This document shows, in pieces, positions 1 through 12,574 of a stretch of DNA of 64,000 nucleotides (its first letter is position 1; each line of letters opens with the position of its first letter). Source of the stretch: Octopus vulgaris (Eukaryota); the NCBI GenBank assembly GCA_951406725.2, contig OX597822.1, positions 79,484,001 through 79,548,000 of the forward strand, in the 5' to 3' direction. A program made the position numbers and the translations under genes. The notes below the pieces were generated by a model. The model saw only the letters and a list, made by a program, of their open reading frames with translations. It searched no databases and was not told the DNA's origin.

Positions 1-1124
1 TTGCCTTAGAAGTGTTGAGAAGTATTGAAATATACAGACAAGGAAATAATTTTATTCCCAAACGCAGGATAATGCTAATAATATAAGATGAACAGGATGA
101 ACTAACCATATTTTGCAGAAAAATCTGTCGGCAGCCAACCATGAGCTTCGAAATCACATCCCTGTGATTACGCGTAATCCTGCGTTTGAGAATAAAATTA
201 TTTCCTTATCTTTAAATAAATAATAATAACAAACTAGATGTACATTTATCGACCCCTTGAATAGTCACATCGATCCCCAGAGGTCGATATCGACCGCTTT
301 GGAGATCTCTGATTTAAAACGAATAAAATGAATGTTTCTTTTGCACGATTAGTTAAAATGCCAGTTGTAACTCCATCTTGACAAAGAATCAATGTGAAAA
401 GAGTCATATGTTTTCAAGTTCTCCTTACTATCAGAACTTAGATTTTGGTGAACCATGTGGTGTGAGTATGTATATGTGTGTGCTTGTGAGTATGGATGCG
501 CATTACAGCTTGGCTTGGCAGCATAACTCATACTTTTACAAATTGTTTAAGGTGTCTCAAAAGACAGATTCAAAAGTAAATGTATTCCATCAAAAGTACC
601 TCATAAGAATCCCGAGGCTCAACTGACGGGATCGGTGGCTCAAATGAGGGAATTCTGAGAAGAGCAAGATCACAATTACTATAAGAGAGTAGAGCAGTAA
701 TTGCTCATATCTTGACTTAAGATATGAGAGCCAGAGAGAGGGAAAGAGAGAGAGAGAGAGAGAGAAAAGGGAGAGAGAGAGGAGGAGAGAGAGAGAGAGA
801 GGGAGAGAGAGAGAGAGAGCTAGTTGCACAAGTACGTGGTTGGTATTCATTTTGAGCTGATAAACTGAAATGAGGTACTTTGCTCAAGGCCACAACACCA
901 CTCGACTTTTGATTGCAAACACTAGACCATGTGTTTGCACTCTATATTAAATATGGCAACATTGATTTAATAATTGTCTTCATGAAGATCTAGTAAGAAG
1001 TTTCTATGAGTAATTTCTTCTCGAAAACAGAAATTTGTAATTTTGACATGGCACACTTTTAGGGACCATGCGAAAGAAAAAAAGAGATTTTGAGGGATCA
1101 TAGAAGTTTCGTATTGATATTAGG

Positions 1125-1330
1125 GGCGGCGAGCTGGCAGAATCATTAGCACGCGAGACAAAACGCCTAGCAGAATTTCTTCCGTCTTAACATTTTGAGT
1201 TCAAATGCTGTGGAGAACTTTGTCTTCCATTCTTTCGAGATCGATAAAATAAGTACGAGTGGACCTCTGAGGTCAACGTAATCGATTCTCCACTCAAACT
1301 GTTAGCCTTGTGCCAAAACTTTAGAAATAA
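1125..1330 (+). mobile_element. Octopus-type SINE (ggcggcgagctggcagaa family), diverged copy
   Basis: Same head and body as copies at ~10640-10800(-), 20056-20270(+), 23505-23725(+), 38110-38250(-) and 48015-48160(+); contains a B-box-like gagttcaaat. Confidence 0.75.
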
Positions 1331-2032
1331 TTATTTGTACCAATTCCAACAGCATAATTATTGAACATTTCAATAGTTTACTAACAAATATTACGTTTTA
1401 GTTATAAATTATTCATGAAATAAGGGGAAATGAACAAAGAAAAAAAGAAAACTTTGATGAATTGAGCATGTTCAAATAATTAGTAGACAAAACTACATCT
1501 AGGAGTGCTTAAATCTCTTAGTAAGGGGAATAACTACAATAAGATATTTGACAGAAATTGTTGGATAAAATGCATAGTACAGAAAATTATCTTTAAAGTC
1601 AATTAATGAAAGCAACAGAAATGTTACGGTATAATAATTTTTTTTACAGCAAAGCATACTTTGCACAATGAGTAATGTGTAATGGGTACCCATACACACA
1701 CGGTTCTTAAGTGAATAAATTGAATAACGAATAGTTTTTCTGAAGAAAACTAAAATCGCATAACGAGATGAAATTACATCAACAATCTACAAACATACTA
1801 CACACGCGTGCTGAGAGAATACATACGAATGGTACACTAATGAAACAAACCGTAGAGTGAACAGCTTTTGAGAAGAAAATTATATTCAACTTATGAGCTG
1901 AAATCTGAATAACAAAGTACGAGTAGACAACACACTTGTATAAATACTAGGAGAGCATTTACAAATGGTACGGTAAATGTAGAGACTGTATGGCTAATTC
2001 GCAATTCTACAACCTAAAGGCAGAAATATATA

Positions 2033-2552
2033 CAGGGTGCGATGGGTAAAGTGTTGCCATTTTATATTTTTAATTTCATGTATGTTCATTGTTTTTGATT
2101 TTGTCGACTACACAATATAGTAGGGTTAGTTGGGCACCGTCTGTGAGACAAACAGCACCATGACGCCATTCACTCCGCCAGATACTTGGAAACGATATGC
2201 TGCACTGCTTGGCATTGGCGCCAGAATTTCCAATACTAACATTTCAGAGTGTTTGGGTGTCAATCTGAAGACAATGCAATCTGAGGACATGTACCAAGAG
2301 TGATAAAAATCAAACATCCAGTCAACATCATGGTGTTTGGAGTGATCACTAGTCATGGCAACGTTGTGCCCTCATTCATTTTTTCCACACGGCCTCAGAC
2401 TCACCACGGAGGTCTACATCAAGTTCCTGGAGGAGGTAGTGCTGCCCTAGGTCAAGAGGGTGGCTGCTGGAAGACCCTATTCTTGTAACAGGGCTCTGCA
2501 CCATACCATACAAGCAGGCTGTCAGACAATTTCTGCGACCACATAATCCCTA
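2033..2552 (+). mobile_element. Tc1/mariner-family transposon remnant with decayed transposase
   Basis: Starts TA|CAGGGTG; translation KHPVNIMVFGVITSHGNVVPSFIF resembles the DDD/DDE transposase core; frameshifted. Confidence 0.65.
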
Positions 2553-2562
2553 ACCGTAAATA

Positions 2563-3080
2563 CCGTAAATCCTCGAGTATAATCCGCATTTTCCCCCAAA
2601 ATTTAAAGGTCAAAATCCCTGGTGCGTACTATATACGAGATTAAAAATATTTTCTAAGCAATGTCCGAGTCTCTATTTGTTGTCCGGCAATGTTTATTCA
2701 GACGTATTTTGTGATGTCGGGCGCGAAAATACCTTAAGCTAAGCCTGAAAGCAATGAAGTCATAAAAGAATCATCCATAACTTGCAGTAAGCAACATTTA
2801 TTAAAATAAAAATATTCAGAACACAGAATAACATGTAAAAAAAAACAACAATTTGCAAACATATTTACATTCCCATATAACAGTTAAGAACATCACCATT
2901 ATTGTATTACGCACGCGCGGAAGTGTTTGTTCGACTATGTGCTGCTGGCTTAATTACGCACGACTCAAGGTAGAGAAAGAGTGCGTATCATACACAAGAC
3001 TTAGGTTTTTCAGAAGTATAGCCCCCTAAAAATCCCCTGCGTATTATACTCAAGGGCGGACTATACTCGAGGATTCACGG
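2563..3080. mobile_element. Non-autonomous Tc2/pogo-like MITE
   Basis: TIRs ccgtaaatcctcgagtataatccgc / gcggactatactcgaggattcacgg; TA on both sides (2561-2562, 3081-3082). Confidence 0.85.
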
Positions 3081-4754
3081 TATATGGTCCCATGTCCGTA
3101 CTATATATCTATTTTAGCTTCTCTGTACCATACATTTATATTCAGTTTACGATTATATAGAAGTACTGTCTTTCAGAGAATGTATACATTTGTTTATATA
3201 AGAAAATCATTTACATATATTAATATCAAATTATTGCATTCATATTAATCAAATCACCTCAAATGTTGCCTTTCATTTGATCCACTCCAATCATAAACAG
3301 CCATTGACGACAAGCATGATCTTTGAAGAGTAATTGATCTAGTTACAATGAAATTTCACAAAAAAAAAGTTTATCTTACTCTTATGTCCATACCAGAAAG
3401 TATTTTTGCATATGAGTAAAAGTAAAGTAACTCTCCTAAATATAACTGTTTCAAATCCCAAGACTTCTAGGACCGATTATTCAGTTACTGTGAAAGACGA
3501 GTAACCGAGATCACAACATTCACACTGAATGGGACACTATTTTTGATATAAACAAGAATATTATAGAGGCTACCTTCTGCGTGAAACATTCACGGGTTCA
3601 GCTGATATGAATTAATTCTACAGAAGAATATGTATTTTTACCTTATACATTTGTTAACACTAGAATCCTTTTGGGTTTATAACACAAATGGAGAGAATAT
3701 GGCACTATCAATTAAATATGATTCGAATCTTGGGTACGGCTATTTTTTCCATAACTGTTCTTAGATTACTTATGTAAGTTTCGGCCGAAGCTGGCTCAGC
3801 CCATGTCTAATTTAATGGAAGAGATACACAGTCTGCTCTTGGACATCGTAGCCCATTCGAGCATAGAGTTATTGTTTTCAGAGATATGTCCTGGTGTGGC
3901 GGTTTGTCTGGTATTTCCTCCTTTATGTGGGCTGGCACGATGTTGAAGAGAGCCGGGCCAGTTGAGGTGAAATAGTTCTGTTATAGTGCTGTGATACGGC
4001 ATGTGCGTGTGTGTGAAATTTCTGAAATAGCTTAGGATTAAAATTCCTTTGCTATGTATTTTCCAAGGAAGCTGTGTTTTATGTCTCAGCTGGAGACTAT
4101 TCTGGAGCCATTCTCATAGGAAATTCTATGATGAAAACGTAAAATAAACTGCATCAACTTAGCTTAATGCTCAAAATCCAGGTCATATCCAATCGTTCAC
4201 TTCATTTGAAAGACTGTGGACTAGTGGTTAAACTGTTGCACTCAAAATTGCAAGGTTATGGTTTCAAGTCCCGGGTCGGGTGGTACGTTGTGTTCTCGAG
4301 AGCAAAACACTTCATCTTATGTTACTCCAGTTCATTCAGCTTCAGAATGAGTAACTTTGCGATGTACTGCTGTCCCATTCAGATCTCGGTTACCCATCCT
4401 TCACGGAAACCGAGTAACCGGCCCTTGGAAACCCGGGACTTGAGGCCATTATATCTAGGAGAGTTACTCTAATTTAACTCGTTTCTGTCTGTCTGTCTGT
4501 CTGTCTGTCTGTCACTGTCTCTCTCTCACACACATATATGCACACGCACACATATATGCACACGCACACATACACGCATGCACGCACGTACACACACACA
4601 CACACGCCAGAGAACAACGCATGCAGGAAAATATTGCATATGATGTTATGCTGATTGAAAGTGAAGCCATTTTCCTTACTCTCTATAAGTAACGTTTGCA
4701 AAGAAAGATAATCGATAATAAAAAAAAAATCCACATCAGAAAGTATGAAAGTAT

Positions 4755-7700
4755 TCATGTTTCGTAACAAAAAACGGCACAAGAATAGCTGTCTAAGCCT
4801 CCTAGAAGAATCAAAGAACCCTCTGTAACATGGATATCGTAGATGAGGTAGACTTCGATATCAGCAAGACTGATGTAAGTTTCCATTGAAGTATCCAATG
4901 TTACTTGTAAAATATCGCTCTCTCTTTCCGTTATGTACACCTTTTCCCCGTGTATTGCTATTCGTCTGGGAAACCACCTTAACGGTATGTCGAGAAGCCT
5001 AACCAATCCATCTCTATACCAACAAAGACTTTCACTTGATTTGCTTTTCTTCAGGATAACGATGTCTTCGCTCGATGTGACACCAATTGCTGTGACTGTG
5101 TCCATCCCAAAATCCATTTGACAACTGTATTCATACGTTGCACCGTCAATGTGAAGTACATCTACATATGAGGATGGCAGATGTGGACGATATATCCGAT
5201 TTGGATCACCTTCATATGCACAGACCAATCGACCAGTATTTTTTTTATGAATCATGGTGTATGTTTTTTCCGTGTTGATGGTTTTTAAAAGTGTCAGATC
5301 ACTGTTGAAGAACATCAGCCCTTTAACATCAGAGAAGACGGCAACGAAACACCTTTCCGTCCAGTAGCATATGTCAAGTGGCATTCTTTCAAATGCTCTC
5401 TGCTGAAGTATGTGACCTTCTGTTGTGGCCACAATAAGAGTAAGCTGGTATAGCAGTACAACTATATCCTCTTGTAGCTTAATTAGATGTATGTTTTTGT
5501 AGATTCCAAAGTCGCAGCCCCTATTTGGATCCCCAAAAACTGTAGTTGAAATTGGAAACATCTTGGTTCTATGAGGTAACCTCCTGATTGTTATTTGATC
5601 GTTCTTCAATGTACAATTTGCTATGTAATTACCACGTCTCACTTTTAGGCCTCTTTCAACAATTTCACTTGATCTACTTCTCGATTGGTCAACTACCACT
5701 TTCTTATTAGTTATCTGAGTTATAATATCCGAACTGGAAGAGAAATGAAGAACAGAACCAAGCTTTATTGACGTACATTTCAGAACTTTCAACTGGTCGC
5801 CATCAATCTGTATGATATGATATTCAGCCAAATTAGTAAGTACACAATAGTAAGTATTTCTTATTTTTTTCCGTATTAATCCATAAGATACTGAAGTTTG
5901 CCAGACTTTACACCTTCTCAAATCTTCTTGGCTCAGTTGAAATATTTCTTGTCTATCAGGAACTGTGACCATTATGTAGTTTTTGTCTGAAAAGCACACA
6001 CCACCAACTAAAGTTTCAAGATCCGTGTGATATAGCAGCTTCCCATTTCTCTGATACAGTTTAACATTTCCAGTATTGCCCTTTTCAATCACAACTGTCT
6101 TCCCATCCACAGAAATATCGATATCTTTTATTTGAACAGAATATCGGTCAGTCACTAGCTGACAAACGTGGAAACTTTCCCGATTTAATTTAAGCATGCC
6201 TTCAGCATATAAATACTTTTTGTCAAATCCAACAAACTTTGGACCTTTGCAGCTAATGCTGGTGAAATTAAATGGACGCGTACAATGTTCTGAATTAAAA
6301 AATATTTTCTTGTATTTGCCAGTGTGTGTCAAACAAACAATGCGAGTATTTTCATCGTGAGAATTCTGTAGAGAAGCGTAGACATAAGCGTCGTCGATTG
6401 TTAAACACCCACTACTCATAGACACCAAGGGACAAAAAGTATGCAAACGTTCACCATTGCGGTTCATAAAAATGATAAATTTCTTGATTAAACGAAACCC
6501 TGCAGCGTAGACGATAATGACGTCATCAGCATTAACTGCGATATCATATAGGCCATTATTCACTTCGTTCCTTTCTAAGTCTATTTCTTTTATTACACGG
6601 ATTGTCGGAAGTAGTTCAATGATATGAAGGGCAGGCACTTTTGTTTTATCGTCCGAAAAATTCGTTCCCATTGTTATTCTTGTGGGACCTTTGTTAGTCT
6701 GAATCCGTTGACGAATACTACAAACTAATTGATTATCTGAAAAAGAAGCGATGCACTTATATTTTCTTTCTACCTCGTATGTGGTGAAGGACAATGGAAA
6801 TTCAACTGCTAATGATAACAATTGATTTGCAGTAACTGTCATAGCCAATGTGTTTGGCCTCCATCGACACATTCGAATGGGTAAAACATCCAGTTTGATT
6901 GAGTCCAGAAGTTTTCCATCAAAAGTTAATACCTTAATGTTCTTATTATTTTGATCGCATATTGCAATCAAGTTGTTTTCAGTAATAACTGAACAAAGAA
7001 CGTTCACTGTTTTTTCATCTCCTAAACACTGAGGGACCAAGCATTCTCGAGATTTATCAGAAACTGATAAATCCTGCAGATATAATTTCGAAGACAGCAT
7101 TTCAGTTACACAAATGTTTCTTGAAAATACATCGACGTGATCAATGAACATGTTAAGCTGATTCCTGGTCAGAGGATCCTTCATCTCCAAATTATGGTTA
7201 CTTAAAGCAAACAGTCGACTTTCGTCTATCAGATAAACACAAGTTTTATCAATGCATCCGCCATGCAGAAAACACTGAGGTTTGAAGTTGGTGGGTAAAA
7301 GAGTGGAGTCAGCTTTTGATGAGGTTTTACACTCAAATACTTTCTTCTTAGTAACAATCAGCACATTGAATGTTTCATCGTCAATTGCTAATGGCTTTAT
7401 TACGAAAGGGACACTGATTGTAGAAATGATTTCCCCTTGGTTGTGTTTTTGAATCGATACAATATCTAAATTGCATGGCTTATCACAAAAGCAAAGAATT
7501 CGACCATTACTGAATTTGCGTACACATACATAAGGTTTACTTAACGATATACTTCGAACTCGTTTCGATAGATTTCCGATTACCCTTAATTCTTTCTCCA
7601 ATGGTAATGTTATTCCTATTTGGCTACTATCCCATCGGCATATATCTGTAGCTAAGGACGGCAGAAATAATGTAGACATTACACGTCCATCTTTGGAAAT

Positions 7701-9779
7701 GTATAACAAGCAAGATGTATTCATGTCTGATACGACCAGCTGTCCATTTGGTATATGACATACATCTGCGATGAGAATTTTCTTATTCTTATAGGAATCT
7801 CGTAAATCTATATTTTGAATGTAAGGATTTACCAAATCTAAATGACAACTGGACCATTCTTTATACTTGTAAAAAAGAACTCTATTGAGCTTAATGTCTA
7901 GCACAGAAAAAGTTCCTTGGAAAACACCGATTTGAGAGTGAACAGCGCAAGGAAATTGTAATCGCCATTCGACTTCTCCATATATATTGTAACACTTGAG
8001 AAAGTAACCTTTATTGTGCACAATATAAAAGTGTAAATTATCGGAGTAGATGTGATGGAAGTCAAAATCCAGTTGTTTTTCAAAAAGCCTTTCCCCAAAA
8101 CTTGAATAAAAAAGCAGTTTGTTTTCCTTCAAATCTCCTACTATGAAATTGAGTGGAGTCGCAGCAATGGTGACATCAACATGTTCCAATGAAATTTTGT
8201 TTTCGATTATAACGTTGTCATTTTTAATAGAAAGGATGTGTACCTCTTTACTTTCACTTGTGGTCACAGCCAAAACCTTATCTAATATCATATGACACAT
8301 TCGAATGTAATCAAAGTGGACGTCTATGATGTGACCTTGTTTTAGTATTGGGTAGTGAACGGAGTACGAAATGAATTGAATCTTTTTCTGTTCCCTGAAC
8401 AGAATAAGAAAAGTGTTTGAGTTGAATTTACAAAAGACATCAGGTTGGAAATGAAATTTACAAGCCTTTTCGAGGATTTCTTTTCCATTATCTGTGAATA
8501 ATACAGCTTTCGGACGTGAATAGATAAATAATGTAGAATTACTTGATATAGGCAAAATCCATTGAACATAGCCTGGATCGTCTATATAAATTTGATTATT
8601 TAAAACTGGAGTTTGAAACTTCTGCAAATAGCTTGTCCTTGGCCAAAAGTCTTCGTTTGTTCTAATAATGTGCACAAAACCTAAATAGTCGGACAAGACA
8701 ATAATATTTTTACCAAGAGTAAGATGCCGGGCTTTTATTCCAATTTCTCTTTGTGATACACCACCAGTAGGAGAAATTCTATGAATAATATTACCTTGGA
8801 GGACATAAAAATAGTTATGATAAACGGTGATAGCTGGTGAAGAATCTAAAGAATGGCCGTATAATTGAAATAATTGATGACCATTGAGGTTGTAGCAAGA
8901 AATATGATTGAAATTAGTAAATGTGACTAAGAGGCGGTATTCTGCTATTGCAATGTTTGTAGGTTCATCTTTTAGGCTAAATTTGCTTTCGATTGTATCA
9001 TTATACCAGTCTACGAGATATATTATTTTGCTAAAGAGTTTCACACCCACAAATTCATAATCTTTTACATGGGAAATCTTCTTAAAACCGTACGGAAAAG
9101 TTTTCATTGTGCAAGAAGAAGGACTGAAGAATAGAATTTTTTTCCGAAACGGAATTGTTACCATAACCGTGTCTTTACAAATTTTAGCAATATCAGTGAC
9201 TTGGGAAGGACAGTGAAGCACGTGTTCGTCATGGTTCGTTGTAGTACAGCGTAATGTCATTAAATGCGGTGAATAGGTTACTATTCCATTGTAAATTGCG
9301 ACAATGTTTGTAATTAAGTTCTGGGAATCTTCACCAGAAGCATGAAACTCTGGTGTTGTAGAGACAACTGAAGAGGGATGACGAAATTTACTGTATGGCG
9401 TTGGCATTGCTATGTTCTTGTACGTTGAATGATTGTCGCTTACATAGATTTCAAAAAGTCGTTCGAGAAACCAATTCAGTTTTGGGAAAACAATAAATTC
9501 ATGATTGTTAATATCCCCCTCCAGAATATCTAATCTACTTTTGACATCTTGTAGAAAACGAAATTTATCTAATCCGATACTTTCCAAGTAAATACATTTT
9601 CTATCTATATTGTTTATCATCATCTCAATATTGTCCTTATATTCTTTTATCCTTGGATAATATATGTCTTTGATGGAAATAGTCATTTGCTTTTTTGCTT
9701 TAATTTTCTTACGCATTTCTTCAAGATCTTCGGTCAATTTGGTCGCCAATATTTTTCTTTTTACTTTAGACTTTGGCAT
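4755..9779 (-). CDS. Single-exon 1674-aa protein: N-terminal coiled coil plus ~6 tandem NHL-like beta-propeller domains (similar to molluscan TRIM/NHL-like C-termini, no RING or B-box)
   Basis: 5025-bp stop-free ORF in otherwise decayed DNA, with an in-frame TAA upstream at 9798-9800. A recurring motif at aa ~194 (VTDIAKICKDTVMVTIP), 446 (PDVFCKFNSNTFLILF), 710 (ATDICRWDSSQIGITLP), 967 (PIRMCRWRPNTLAMTV), 1257 (VGGVCFSDKNYIMVTVP) and 1467 (PLDICYWTERCFVAVF). NHL-like blades such as IADVCHIPNGQLVVSDMNTSCLLYISKDG. The fold assignment is inference. Confidence 0.88.
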   Translation of the reverse strand: MPKSKVKRKILATKLTEDLEEMRKKIKAKKQMTISIKDIYYPRIKEYKDNIEMMINNIDRKCIYLESIGLDKFRFLQDVKSRLDILEGDINNHEFIVFPKLNWFLERLFEIYVSDNHSTYKNIAMPTPYSKFRHPSSVVSTTPEFHASGEDSQNLITNIVAIYNGIVTYSPHLMTLRCTTTNHDEHVLHCPSQVTDIAKICKDTVMVTIPFRKKILFFSPSSCTMKTFPYGFKKISHVKDYEFVGVKLFSKIIYLVDWYNDTIESKFSLKDEPTNIAIAEYRLLVTFTNFNHISCYNLNGHQLFQLYGHSLDSSPAITVYHNYFYVLQGNIIHRISPTGGVSQREIGIKARHLTLGKNIIVLSDYLGFVHIIRTNEDFWPRTSYLQKFQTPVLNNQIYIDDPGYVQWILPISSNSTLFIYSRPKAVLFTDNGKEILEKACKFHFQPDVFCKFNSNTFLILFREQKKIQFISYSVHYPILKQGHIIDVHFDYIRMCHMILDKVLAVTTSESKEVHILSIKNDNVIIENKISLEHVDVTIAATPLNFIVGDLKENKLLFYSSFGERLFEKQLDFDFHHIYSDNLHFYIVHNKGYFLKCYNIYGEVEWRLQFPCAVHSQIGVFQGTFSVLDIKLNRVLFYKYKEWSSCHLDLVNPYIQNIDLRDSYKNKKILIADVCHIPNGQLVVSDMNTSCLLYISKDGRVMSTLFLPSLATDICRWDSSQIGITLPLEKELRVIGNLSKRVRSISLSKPYVCVRKFSNGRILCFCDKPCNLDIVSIQKHNQGEIISTISVPFVIKPLAIDDETFNVLIVTKKKVFECKTSSKADSTLLPTNFKPQCFLHGGCIDKTCVYLIDESRLFALSNHNLEMKDPLTRNQLNMFIDHVDVFSRNICVTEMLSSKLYLQDLSVSDKSRECLVPQCLGDEKTVNVLCSVITENNLIAICDQNNKNIKVLTFDGKLLDSIKLDVLPIRMCRWRPNTLAMTVTANQLLSLAVEFPLSFTTYEVERKYKCIASFSDNQLVCSIRQRIQTNKGPTRITMGTNFSDDKTKVPALHIIELLPTIRVIKEIDLERNEVNNGLYDIAVNADDVIIVYAAGFRLIKKFIIFMNRNGERLHTFCPLVSMSSGCLTIDDAYVYASLQNSHDENTRIVCLTHTGKYKKIFFNSEHCTRPFNFTSISCKGPKFVGFDKKYLYAEGMLKLNRESFHVCQLVTDRYSVQIKDIDISVDGKTVVIEKGNTGNVKLYQRNGKLLYHTDLETLVGGVCFSDKNYIMVTVPDRQEIFQLSQEDLRRCKVWQTSVSYGLIRKKIRNTYYCVLTNLAEYHIIQIDGDQLKVLKCTSIKLGSVLHFSSSSDIITQITNKKVVVDQSRSRSSEIVERGLKVRRGNYIANCTLKNDQITIRRLPHRTKMFPISTTVFGDPNRGCDFGIYKNIHLIKLQEDIVVLLYQLTLIVATTEGHILQQRAFERMPLDICYWTERCFVAVFSDVKGLMFFNSDLTLLKTINTEKTYTMIHKKNTGRLVCAYEGDPNRIYRPHLPSSYVDVLHIDGATYEYSCQMDFGMDTVTAIGVTSSEDIVILKKSKSSESLCWYRDGLVRLLDIPLRWFPRRIAIHGEKVYITERESDILQVTLDTSMETYISLADIEVYLIYDIHVTEGSLILLGGLDSYSCAVFCYET

Positions 9780-11665
9780 TTTCTCAGTATTTAATAATTA
9801 TCTATGCTATATGTGTATAACGATTGTTTTCTACAGAGAATGCTGTATGATTTCAGTGAGTATAAGTTGAGATGCAATTTTTTCTCTTTCCTGTATATAT
9901 TTCCACTTCACATAATGATGCAAATTGTATTTGAGAATGGCATTAATATCAAAACATCAAATTGCTGCTTAGATAGAAGTCAGTTGGGCTGAACGATTAC
10001 TGATAGCCTTTTTTGCAATCAGGAAAACTCAAATATTTGATTCTATCAAATTTAAGTGAAAAATTAAATTATCTATTGTTCATATGGACATCACTAAAAC
10101 AACGAAGTTAAGAATTTTCGTTTTGATGGAAACTAAAACATCCTGAATGCTGATTATTGAAGGTAGACATCTCTAAAAGTTATTTTCATTAAACAACACC
10201 AGTAAATCAAGTGAAAGATGTCTATCCTATGCTATATGCAATGAATGTTGGTTTTTTTTCTTGGTTTCCTGTTTTTGGCTTTAGAAAGAAGCTTAGGTTT
10301 ACTTCACAAGTTACCAACATAGAATAAAATATGAAATTTTACTCATATTTCATCGAATAAACCGTTTCCACTTTTGGCAGTTTTCTTCCAGGCAATTTCA
10401 TATTGAATCTAAAATGAAATTAAAATAAAACAAAATAAATTTAGTTCTGTGAAAATAGATATTAGGCTTTCAAAACATTGTTTGAAAATAATATACAGCC
10501 ACCTCCTCCAACAAAACAGCAAAAGGAAAAAAAAATAATAAGCAAGGAAAATATTTGCTTTTCTCTAAAGGCATTAGACATAAGGAAGTTGATTTTTTAT
10601 TAGATATGAGTTGCATTCAAACCACTATTCTTTTATGCTCGCAAGGCCCGAAATTTTGGGGGAAGGGGCCAGTCGATTAGATCGACTCCAGTACGCAATT
10701 GGTACTTCAATTATCGACTCCGAAAGGATGAAAGGCAAAGTCAACGTCGGCGGAATTTGAACTCAGAACGTGCTAATGCTTCTGCCAGCTCGTCGCCTTG
10801 TTCAAACTATTTTCACTAGAATAATCATTATCTCTTACCTTTTACTTGTTTTAGCTATCAGACCGCGGCCATGCTGGGGCATCGCCTTGCAGAATTTTTG
10901 GTTGAATGAATCAAACCCAGGACTTATTTTCTTTTTTGAAACCTGGTACTAATTCTATCGGTTGCTTTTGCCGAACCGTTAAGTTATAGGGAAATAAATA
11001 CACCAACACCGGTTGTCAAGCGGTGGTAGGGGACAACCACCCCTACCACAATACATACACAACGGGTTTCTTTCAGTTTATGTCTACCAAATCCACTCAC
11101 AAGCTTATAGTAGAAGACACTTGCCCAAAGTGCCACGCAGTGGGACTGAACCCGGAACCATGAGATAAAATCCTTCAAGTATGACTCCTTTGAAAATCTC
11201 CTGAATTCTTTGTGGGAATTTGCCTATCCAGGATTCTATTGGTTTTAATCCTAATCCGTGGGGGATATTTGTGTGGAGAATGATTACACCAAAGCTAGCT
11301 GGGATCGTCACTTTATCTACTCTTTCTAGATGAAGGTAGGAACCAGTTTGCACCGCGGTTTGAAAATTATAGCAAACAAAGTGCTCAATGATTAGGTGCT
11401 AGATGCTGGTCCTGGATCAATTAGACGAAATTTTAAATCAGATGGTTCGGGAATCATTACATATAGTGTATGGCGGTTCTTTAAGCTAATATTGGTTTCT
11501 TTAGATTTCTAGATCCTTGGAAGTCCCTAAAAGTTACTTGATTTTGCTACAAAGTTAGTGAGGTATTCCACATTCTTGAATTTGTCCGTTAACTTACCAC
11601 TTTAAATCATTGTTCGTTTATCTTCATTGGTTTCTATTGTTTTTGAAGAAAGGCCGGTCATTTAA

Positions 11666-11733
<68 letters not shown>

Positions 11734-12574
11734 GTTGCTATGTAGGTAGGTAATGATTATGGGGCGAATATTTCTGTAGACATTCGAAAGCTTCTTGTTC
11801 TTGATTTGTAATGATTTTTATGGCTTGTTGGAATGTTTAAGTTTGCAGATATTTTCAGCCCCGTTATACATTCTTCTAAGTATTTATTCCTGTTTATCGG
11901 TGGTTTAAATCCTGCATTTTTTTTCACGATTGATGGATCTTCGTCGTGTTTATTTTAGAAGAATTTCCACAGATGAAGTTTTCTACAACACTCTTCAGTA
12001 TTTCGTTACAAGATCTGTCGTGTCAAGTTTGAGAGTTGGCGTGAATTTCTGTCCACATTGCAGAAGTTCCATTTCTATTTCTCTGAAATTTCGTTGTGAG
12101 AGTTTTCTTGGGGTCAGTTGGTTCAATATTTTCTAATTAAGGTCTTCTTTCGCTTCTGATTCGAGATCCTGTTCTCTAAAAATAGGCTTCTTTTTTAGCG
12201 ATTCGTTGCTATCCTGTCTTTCAGTTATTCTATTGTATTGGAAGGAATTTGTCCAGTTCTTATACCGCCCACCCTGGTATTTTGGTATGTTCTTAAGATT
12301 CCGCCGTTCTGTAGAAAGAATTGTTTTACCATCTTGGTATGTTGGCTTGTTCGTGGTTTATTTTAGTTTATTTTCCCAATGTTATTATTTGGGTGTCATT
12401 TGTTCTAGTTGGACGAATTAACATGGAGAAATAGGAGTTGTTGCCCTTAGATTACTTTTCGATTTCACTCGTAAATTATTAGTACGGAAAGAGTTATGGT
12501 TCTTCCTGTTGCTGCAAACTTCTGTCGATTCGTATTTCTTTTTTGTTTAGTATTCGCTAATTCTACTCCGTAGT

